From the NCBI RefSeq assembly GCF_006345805.1, contig NC_043003.1, positions 82,832,001 to 82,896,000 on the forward strand: 64,000 bases of DNA. Direction: 5' to 3'. Made by a program: the position numbers and the translations under genes. The first letter of the stretch is position 1; every line of letters starts with the position of its first letter. The stretch is from Octopus sinensis (Eukaryota). Under the pieces are notes generated by a model, which was not told where the DNA came from, made no database searches, and was given only the letters and a program-made list of their open reading frames with translations. This document shows positions 54,263-64,000 of the stretch, piece after piece.

Positions 54263-54873
54263 TATATACACATACATTAGTATCTATAAACGTGTGTGTT
54301 TTCGTGTATATATATATGTATATCTATTGAATTCAGATTTATATTCCAATATTATTAAAAATTAAAATATATAATATTGTAAATAGCATCGCTTAGAATT
54401 TTTTTCAACTTTGTTCTTCTGTGATATTCTATACAAACCAAGTAGTCTAAACTTGAACTGCTTTAGCTCATCTACCCATTAGAATGGATGGACAAATAAC
54501 TTGTTTTCATAGACGAAAGATATTTTATGATCAAAACAAACCGTAATTCTTGAAATACTTTGCATTCAATATTACAAATTACAGTGACTATATTAGTATC
54601 AACACTATATTTAATTTGTGCTTCGGTCACAGAACGTTAAATACACACCGTTTTATTACTATATTCATTCTGATGGAAGGATATTGAGTTTCATCATCTA
54701 TCATCAATTCTACCATGTCGCTTGCGCACCTATTAATTATACTACATAATTAGCATGGACATAATTTACACATATTTGACAAGCATTTTGCAGTTAATGT
54801 CATGATGCCGAATTTTCTTGCACCTTAAACTTAGTAAGATTTATGTATAAAATTATTAGTAGTCTTTCTTTCT

Positions 54874-54919
<46 letters not shown>

Positions 54920-55604
54920 CTGCTCTCTCCCTACCCGTTTCTCTCTCTCTCTTTCCTTCTTTTCTGTTCCTGTCTCTTCCACTACAAGAATATGAGGACC
55001 GATGCTTACTACATGTTAATGAAACTTATAAACCAAAACGAGGCACATTACACGGTCGTCTCCTTTGGTAGATGTAACAGCAAGATTCTCTTAGATAACA
55101 TCCTGTCATCTAAAACACGAGGAAACAATGAAACCGGTATCTTTATATCTACATGATGGTATGTAACGCATTCAAATATTGATCCTTTCTATCATGGCTA
55201 AGCAACAAAATATCAGAAATTATGATTGAACCACATTATATAAAACATTCTCTCACCTCCAACAATACACCATATTAAAAAAATTAAGACACATTGGGCA
55301 ATATGTTCCAGAAACACTATGTATGACAGAATGAGATGGGATGGCCAGGTGTGGAAAGCCTTTGACTAGCAGGTTGGTTTTCACCAACAACAAATAGATT
55401 TCATGAGTTATGCAAATAATACAGCAAAGCGGCTAATATGGAGAAGGCCATTTTACTACACATAGCAGCTAAATTTTAAAAGGGGACGGTTAAAGTTACA
55501 AAACGTAATGACACAGTCGATGGTTGCCTTCAAAAATGACGAGCTGCTAACGGTTGGAATTCATTTATATGCACATATGTTTAGTCATGTTTAATTAAAA
55601 TGTT

Positions 55605-55778
55605 GATCTCAAATTATAGCACATGGCCTGCATTTTCGGGGAGGGTGCTAGTCGATTACATCGACAACGAAAGGATTGATACAAAGTCGAACTCAGCGGA
55701 ATTTGAACTCAGAATGTTAAGAAGGACGAAATGCCGTTAAGCATTTTCCTCCGACATGCTAATGTTTCTGCCAGCTTG
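55605..55778 (-). mobile_element. SINE family B, degenerate
   Basis: aaagtcgaactcagcggaatttgaactcagaa...tttctgccagct. Confidence 0.75.
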
Positions 55779-55878
55779 AAGCTTTATTGTTTAATTAAAA
55801 TATTAATAATGTGTAAGGCATATCGAATAAAATATTGGTTGATAAACTACCTGTAATATTTGGTTGAATGTAAATATA

Positions 55879-56442
55879 TTGGGCTGTCCATGAAAGTTCG
55901 TGCCGATTTATAGTAGCTTACCTTTCGACTTATTTTAGAACATGGTTGAATCCATAAAATAGGATTTGACTACACCTCCATTTAGAGCACAGTTTAAGCT
56001 ATCTTTTCGTGGAAGAAGGTTTATGTTCCTATAACCTGTGTTAATTCTATAACCCTTTAAAATGGAAGATAAAGTTCATTTTCGGCACTTGATGTTTGGG
56101 AACCAGACAAAAAAACCTACAGCTCGGCTGGGATGTGTTACCCCACCCTCCATATTCACCAGATATTGTTTCTTCAGATTTCCACTTATTCAGGTCTCGG
56201 CAGAATAGTCTTAATGGTAAAAATTTCAATTCCTTGGATGACGTAAAATTATACCTTAATGAATTCTTTGGCATGAAACCATCTCAATTCTGGGCAGGGG
56301 ATATTTTCAAGTTAAAGGAAAGATGGAGACGCATTGTGCAACAAAATGGTTCATATTTGGTTGATTAAAAATGTAATGGCAAGTATTTAGTGACCTTTTT
56401 CTTTTCTCTAAAAAATCGGCACGAACTTTCCGGACAACCCAA
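55879..56442 (+). mobile_element. Internally deleted mariner with intact TIRs and TA TSD
   Basis: TA-ttgggctgtccatgaaagttcgtgccgattt / aaatcggcacgaactttccggacaacccaa-TA; MEDKVHFRHLM fused at ~56093 to LGWDVLPHPPYSPDIVSSDFHLF. Confidence 0.92.
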
Positions 56443-57514
56443 TAGAAATGTAAGTATAAGTGTGTGTGTGTGTGGTGTGTGTGTGTGTGTGTAGACATAT
56501 ATAAAGAGAGAGCTCGACAGACAGACAGAGAAGGGAGATAGATTAACTTGCAGACATGTCATCTTAAAATAAACTGCCTTATAGAAAGAAACTGCTAACT
56601 AAACTGAAATATGTCAACTGCTTTCTTCATTTACCAGTGCTATCAAAATTGCTTACCTTATTTGTAGTCTGCAGATTTTAGATAACACCGGAATAGATTT
56701 TTGTCTAAAAATTGCCTAGATAATATCAGTTGATCGAAGCTTACAGCTCCACTTTATTGTACATGTGAGAACTTGACAACAACGCTTAAAAAATCAGTAA
56801 AAGCATTTGGTGGCTTCGTAGATGCTACAGGAAATAATTCTCGCTGCAGGTGGTAAAATCATAGTTTGTATTTTATCTTTATCTTATATCCTTGTACAAC
56901 TAAACCATGAAATTTCGAATGATGTTAACACTTTCTCAAACCATGTTAACGTAACGCTTTTGTAGTATATTTTCAACATAGAGGAAAAGCAACTACAATC
57001 GAAAGCAATTTGATTTATTCAGCTATAGTTGATAATTTGTTGTAATTGTAATATAAATGTATATAGGAATGATCGCTGGATAGCCTGTTGAATATGCCAC
57101 CTTCGAAATTCATTTTGCTATAACAAGTGTATTTTGTCCAGTTTTTTTCATTTGTTTCGCAGTCTGTTCCGGAATTACCCCCGGTGTATAGGGCAAGCTT
57201 CATTTGACTCATTGCTGACGAGGGGTTCGAACATATAGCCGTGCCCATAGAATTGCATACATTTGATGAAGTCCTGTAAAAGCGTTCTGTTTATATAAGA
57301 TGAACGAATATGAGGTACGTTGCCTATAAATCTTACTAACTATGCTATAAGATATTTTTTTTGAATTTCTTGATATGAATGATTAGAGATTAAAAAACAC
57401 TTTATACACACACACACACACACACATACACCACACACATACACACACACACATATATATATATATGCACACACGCGTGCGCAAGCACGCACACATACAT
57501 ATGTGTATGCATGT

Positions 57515-57677
57515 ACATACATACATACATACATACATGCATGCATACATATATACATACATACATATATACATACATACATACATGCATGCATACATAC
57601 ATACATACATACATACATACATACATACATACATACATACATGCATGCATACATACATACATACATACATACATACA

Positions 57678-57708
<31 letters not shown>
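57515..57708. repeat. (CATA)n microsatellite
   Basis: Direct reading. Confidence 0.95.
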
Positions 57709-57710
<2 letters not shown>

Positions 57711-58104
57711 GCACACATATATTTGTGTATATGCTTGTGTATTCACACAATTTTATAGTGGCGTCCATGATGACGTATAACCGGTACTTAGAGCTCCGTA
57801 TGAAATTCATACATTGAAAGAGAACTCGTATTATGCTTCAAGTGTTCTTTCTTTAGCTTCAATAGCTAGAAACATCACAGAGTGTTTACAGAAGTAAATA
57901 GAAATGCTGTGAGAGAAAATGTTTAATCACATCGTCTTATACATATTTTATGAAGATTACGCTCGAAATACGGAATCTAGGCCTTAATCTCTAGCTCTTC
58001 TCTTCGTCAGCACTCATACATAAAGTGTACTTTCATACACTCTCCCACACACATACACACAAACTCACTCACTATATGTAATTGATATATCAATGTATTT
58101 ATGT

Positions 58105-58315
58105 TCATTTATTCTTTTATTATTTTACTTGTTTTAGTCATTTGACTGCGGCCATGCTGGAGCAACATCTTTAGTCGCGCAAATCGACCCCATGACTAAT
58201 TCTTTGTAAACCTAGTACTTATTCTATCGCATCTTTTGCGAACCGCTAAGTCACAGGGACGTAAACGCACCAGCATCGGTTGTCAAGCGATGTTGCGGGG
58301 AAAAATACAGACACT

Positions 58316-58397
<82 letters not shown>

Positions 58398-58450
58398 CTT
58401 CCTTAAGTTTCCGTCTACCAAACCCACTCTCAAGGATTTAGTCAGCCTGA
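58105..58450 (-). mobile_element. SINE family A, head missing
   Basis: agtcatttgactgcggccatgctggagc...(CA)n(TA)n..tttccgtctaccaa. Confidence 0.85.
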
Positions 58451-58916
58451 ATGGGACCAAAACATAGCAAAATAAGACGGGCTCGAGACCAGAACTTAAT
58501 TAACGGCTTAGGGCCAGACGAAGACATTGATAATAATAATACACATACAAACAAAAAATCCTTTGCGGCTGCAGGAAAAGATAAAAGTGGGTAAGGTGAA
58601 GGAGAAAGGAAAACTGCCCCAAAGGTCTATTGACACAGGAGGGGTAGAGCGAGTCTGGTCGAAGGCATCACGAAAATGCATGACAACAGCTTAGATCGTC
58701 ACGGGTCATGTGATAGTGGGATGGGGGGGGGGTAAGAAAATAAGACAGAGACAGAGATAGTAAGAAAGGAAATTAAAATAAGCAAATTGTGAGACAGAGT
58801 GGCACAAAAATATTCCAACTATTATTGTACAAATTGGTAGAAAATTAAAGAGTGCGTGCGTTACACTAATATTTTCAGGATTAAATTAAAAGAAGACAAG
58901 AAGCGGAAAATATGAG

Positions 58917-58998
<82 letters not shown>

Positions 58999-59751
58999 AA
59001 AAACTGTGTAGTAAATAAACAAACGAATTTATAGTCAGTAGAAAAAGAATACGGAAGAGTGTCTGACATTAATAATATATCTCCAGCAGCGAGAACTTAA
59101 CTGTTAATTCCCAATGGTTTTTAGTTCCAAGGGGATGTAGAAAACTTGCGGCATTGGATTTTTGATTGAGATAAGGATTAAGATGAATGTAGCTATGTTA
59201 CCACTACTCTTTTTGGACATCTATAGTTATTTTCTTCTGCCACTCTAAGCATTGTAATTTATTTATTCTCTAATTCTGCTGAAAAATTTGCTAAAAAGTT
59301 ATAATGGAGTATTTTGTATGACTGAGGAGTGCGATGTATTTCAAATTGATGTAATTTGATCGATTAAATGGAGGCGCTTGACACGGGCGTAATGCACTAA
59401 TACCTGGACATCCTTGTTACTTTTTTGCTATTTATATATATATGTGTGTGTGTATGTGAGTATGTGTGTGTGTATGTGTGTGCACGTTTGTATGCATATA
59501 TGTATGTTTTCGTACATACATATTTCTCCTTTTAATTTAAAGTAAATTTTGACCGGTGGAAATTGTGGTAGCAAAGTTGTTAAGGAAAACATCTTGTTTT
59601 AACTATCAACTTTTAAATCTCAAGAAAGTATAGTAGGTTTTCATAGTCCTAGATATCGTGATCATTTACATCAAATGAATTAAGGATTTACAGGTATGTA
59701 TGTGCGTATGTATGTATGTAAGTGTACATGTAGAAACGTGTACATATAAAT

Positions 59752-60563
59752 CCTTAAAAAAATCCTTTAAAATGTTTTAGCCCGAAGGCCGCGGCCATGC
59801 TGGGGCACCACCGCTGAATGAGCTACACTAGTTTGTGAATCCACCTCTGATACGTGGCACTTGATCAACAAGGGAGTTCGATGCTGCTGCCCGCATCCGT
59901 GTCTCCTGTCGTGAGGTAGGTTCATCTGGGACTCCCAACAAGAAGAGATCCAGTTTAGTTTTAAAGAAACCCACATCCACACCATGTAAGTCTCTCAGGC
60001 ATTTAGGGAGGATGTTAAAGAGCTGTGGTCCTCTGAAACCCAAGCTGTTGCAGTATCTGGACCTGTATTTTGATGGTGATGTTGGAATCCTTGGCACCAC
60101 GCAGCGGCGCCCCGTTCTGCGGTTGGAGTAACTTTGAATGCCAAAGTTTGGGACAAGACCCTCCAGGATTTTCCAGATGTATATCACTGCATATCTCTCC
60201 CGCCTCCGCTCCAGGGAGAAGAGGTTTAATACCTTCAGTCTTTCCCAGTAGCTGACATTTTGCATTGAGACGATTTTCTTTGTGTAGCTTCTCTGAGTTG
60301 CTTCGAATTCTGCTGTTTGTTTTATATTGTGTGGTGACCAAAGTTGGGAGCAGTAGTCCAAGCGGCTGAGGACAAATGTTTTCCATAGGACCATCAGTGT
60401 CTCCTTCTCTCTTGTTCTGAAAGTTCGGAGAATCCATCCAGCTAGCCGTCTGCATTTTATCACCAGATTAGCAATATGCATTTGGAAAGATGCATCATTG
60501 CTCATGTCAATGCCCAGGTCACGCACTGATTTTGACTCAGGGATTGCAATTCTTCCTGGGCCA

Positions 60564-60566
<3 letters not shown>
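59752..60566 (-). mobile_element. CR1-group LINE, 3' fragment, second subfamily
   Basis: Stop-free [43 protein letters not shown]; tail ggtgccccagcatggccgcgg; 5' end in (TA)n. Confidence 0.92.
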
Positions 60567-60625
<59 letters not shown>

Positions 60626-60974
60626 GGTTATGCATATGTATATATACATACATATATATATAAATACATATGATTATATACATGTATATACATACAAACA
60701 TATATGCATATATATGTATATACATATATACACGCGCGCACCCGCACACACATACATTTATGTATATATATATTATCAATAATAATAAAGGGTAAAATTA
60801 ATTAATTCATTAATAATTAATAATTTTACCAAGTAGTTTAGACATGTTAAAATAACTATTATCCGTAAACTTAATAACTTTTTATTACGAGAAATAATTA
60901 TAATTATAATTATAATTATACTCATAATCATAAAAAATGCATTATATATATATGCATATATATATATATATCGA

Positions 60975-63900
60975 TTGCTGTAGCTTGTATCCGAGCATTG
61001 TGTTCGATAGTTTCCATCCAGTCTTCTTGGCTGATGTTTGTACCGAAACTAACTTTGGAGTCCAAGCCGGTGGTGAAACTGTTGTGGGCAGAATTCGCAC
61101 GGGATAGTCGGTGCAGGTCGAGGATGCGTTTTGCCTCCTCATTCTGTTCTCTGTTCTTCTTGAAGAAGCCTGCTCTGTTGCGGATAGCAGTCCTCCATGC
61201 TGTCCTATCCATGGCAATCTGTTCTCATGAGGATGGGTGCATGTCAGCTTGAACCGATGTTGCTATGTTTATGTCCCCGAGAAATAGTGGTTCGGTAAAA
61301 GTGAATGACAGAATAAGTACTAGGCTTACAAAGAATAAGGCCCGGGGTGGATTTCTTCGACTAAACGCGGTGCTCCAGCATGGCCGCAGTCAAATCACTG
61401 AAACCTGTAAAAGAATAAATGAATCGTGTACACATATAAGCGGATTGTAGCTGTGTGCTAAGATGCTCACTTCTCAACACCCTGGTTCGGGGTTCAGTCA
61501 CGCTGCATAGTACCTTGGGCAAGTGTCTTCTCTTATAGCCACCGGCTGACCAAAGAACTGTGAATGGATTTGGTAGACGGAAACTGAAAGAATCCCATCG
61601 TCGTAGACACACACGTCCCAATAAATTATGGGTTCAGCATGAATGAACATGAAAGTTACCCTACGATGCAGAAGACTGAGCAAAGTTGTTGATAGAAGAC
61701 CAGCAGTCGCCTATCAATGCCAGCCCCCTTTATTTATGTCATTATATGTACAGAGGGTAAAGAGTAAAGAATAGAGCTGACAGGACAATGACACGGAAGA
61801 CCATGATTTTTGTCAGGATGGTCAGAGCGAGATGGCTCAGTCAGCCGAAGGCGGATTGGGCCGCCCCAAATCCGGTTCTCCACGTCCATTTCACATATAG
61901 ATGTCTTTGAAACGATACTTCCAACTTCTTGTAGGGGTTGGCCGTTGATGCTAATGTTTGTGGGTGGACTGTTCTGGCCTGGTACAGTTTGGATCAGTGT
62001 TTTCTGTGTTCACCAGCATACAGAGCGTTCGTGAGTCGCGTTGTAAAGATCGGTCGTCCTTTGTAGGCAATCTGCGATCCGGCTCGGAGTGGCATTGTCA
62101 GGGAAGACGTCTCCTGCGACGATGAGGAGGCAATTGAGTAGGATACGGACAAAGATCTTGCTTGTAATACTCAGGAGTGAGATGCCCAATAGTTCTTGCA
62201 ATCCTCTAGGTCTGTCTTCTTGTAGATGGTGATGATAGTCGCATCGCGGAAGTCTTTCGTTGGGGGTGGGGAGGCCTTGCTTTCCCAGATCTTGTGGATA
62301 AGGAGTATTAGATGATTTCTCAGCTCAGGATCTCCATGCGTGAAAAACGCAAAGTCTCTTTGGTCCGCATAGTTTTGCGTCTCCTCTGCTTTCATCTGCC
62401 ACCAGATGTTCTGAGCTCGAATTCCTCGCTGGCATTCCGCTGATGCTTGCTGGTTTTTTCGTTTGTTTTCCACAGTGGCATGGTTATCAAGGTCTAGGCG
62501 CGTCCGGAGTTTGTCTGCGATGAGACGGTAGATGGTTTCATCATTCTCGCCAAACCAGTCTTGGTCCTTCTTCCGGGCAAAACCAATTGTCTCCTGGGCA
62601 GCAGCGCTCATGACTTCACGATGGCTGGTCTAGCGATTCTTAATGGAGGTTGGTTCTGGCAGGTCCATCAGATTTCTCTCAATGGATTCTCTGAAGTCTT
62701 GGGATGCCTGTGAGCTCCCGAGTTTGGCGCAGTCGAAGCGTCGGCAAGGGATGTTTGCTGAGACCCGCTTTGGTGGACAGTGGATCTTGTTGTCAAGGCG
62801 AGAAATAAGAAGGCGGTGATCCGTCCAGCATTCATCAGTACCAGGCATGGAGCGGGTAATGCGTAAATCTCGTCTGTCCCTAGATCTTGTCAGAATGTAG
62901 TCGAGAATGTGCCAGTGTTTAGACCATGGGTGTTTCCATGTTGTTTTTTGTCGGGTAGGGAGACGAAATAAGGAGATAGCCATGACGAGCTCGTGCTCGG
63001 CGCAAAGTCCCAGGAGAGATGGCTATTTGCATTCTATTTTCCAATGCTGTGATGGCCAACAATGCCATTCCATAGAGAAGGCTCACTGCCCCAATACGAC
63101 GAGTTTGTGGTGCGCGAGGACTGTCTCGCTGGTGCGGTCCAGTAGGTTGTAGAATGAAGCCTTGACGTCGTCTTCGGATGTGAGGGTAGAGGCATACACA
63201 GAAATCAGCGTAAAGAATCTGTCCCAAATGAGTGGGATCCCAACAGTCATCAGGCGCTCACTGACGGCAGTTGAGATGAATATGTGTTGGTCTACGAGTT
63301 ACATTTTTATGGCAAGGCCAACTACATCGATGCGTGATTCATTAAGATTCTTCCCTTTCCAAAAGATGGTTGTTTTTGGAGCCAGCTTATCTGATGTTAC
63401 CTTCTTCGGGAAGCCTAGTCTCGCTCAAGGCTGCCACATCGATGTTGATGCGAACAAGTTCCTAGCAGACAAGGGCTCTACATCGCTCTGGTCGATTAAT
63501 GTTACTCTTGTCCTAGGGAGTGCGTATGTTCTAGGCTCCGAAGGTGAGTGTTGTGAAACAGAGGATTTAGTAGAGTTCCGACCGCAGCATGATGGCCAGA
63601 TCGAGTTGCCGTATCCGAAGTTTACCCCACCTTTTCTAGGGTCTTTCCCTTGAGAGGTAGGCTGCAGTAATCCAAAAGAGGCAAGCCTAGTCACGAGTCT
63701 AGCTACCGAACTCCACTATCATGTCTATTCATTGGAGAGTGACCATCTGAGATTTGCCGCCAATGTGTGGTCACGGACTAGAGACTTCCAGCTTATAAAT
63801 CTGCCTCCGGTACCCACGATATCATCGACATTGGGCTTTTTGAGCCAGATTAGAAAGACGAAACCATTCGCTGAGTAAATTGTTTGTGGTGATCGTGGAT

Positions 63901-64000
63901 GCGCGACAGCCACGCGCAGGCACATTGCCAGGAACGTCTCCACTGCTGCTCAACAATTGAAACGAGCATTCGTGATGAGGCTGGTTGCAGGGAGCTGCTA
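60975..64000 (-). mobile_element. RTE (BovB-like) LINE, decayed with deletions, interrupted by SINE pieces
   Basis: APE domain IDVAALSETRLPEEG, TWKHPWSKHWHILDYIL, CWTDHRLL; RT start DFRDATIITIYKK, GISLLSITSKIFVRILLN; C-terminal DRTAWRTAI. Confidence 0.88.
61252..61610 (+). mobile_element. SINE family A 3' half followed by a 5' half
   Basis: 61252-61423 tail (gcggtgctccagcatggccgcagtc); 61437-61605 head (accttgggcaagtgtcttc..ggtagacggaaactgaaagaa). Confidence 0.8.

Noticed and set aside
57015-57275. 77-aa minus-strand ORF with upstream acceptor as a host exon
   Set aside because: No recognisable homology or partner exons
63640-64000. HDV-like ribozyme in the RTE 5' UTR
   Set aside because: Plausible for RTE elements, but I could not build the nested double pseudoknot by eye, and the true 5' end may lie outside the window

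Overview
AT-rich, microsatellite-saturated eukaryotic DNA. The repeat repertoire suggests an animal, most likely a cephalopod (Octopus-like) intergenic or intronic region; that assignment is inference. No host protein-coding exon is recognisable, and most ORFs in the track are translations of (TA)n/(CA)n/(CATA)n repeats. The window is a mosaic of transposon relics: a Penelope-like element (GIY-YIG) with inverted terminal arms, two CR1-group LINEs, RTE, R4/Dong, Gypsy, DD34D and DD37D Tc1/mariner elements, hAT and other MITEs, and three tRNA-derived SINE families. The most notable signal is RNA-level. A near-identical 458-bp tandem array plus a divergent inverted copy (17847-19392) carries four intact type I hammerhead ribozyme motifs (retrozyme/Penelope pLTR-like). 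Several unrelated repeat families carry further degenerate or variant hammerhead motifs, including a G3-C8 core swap, repeatedly arranged as divergent inverted pairs. Boundaries of decayed elements are approximate.
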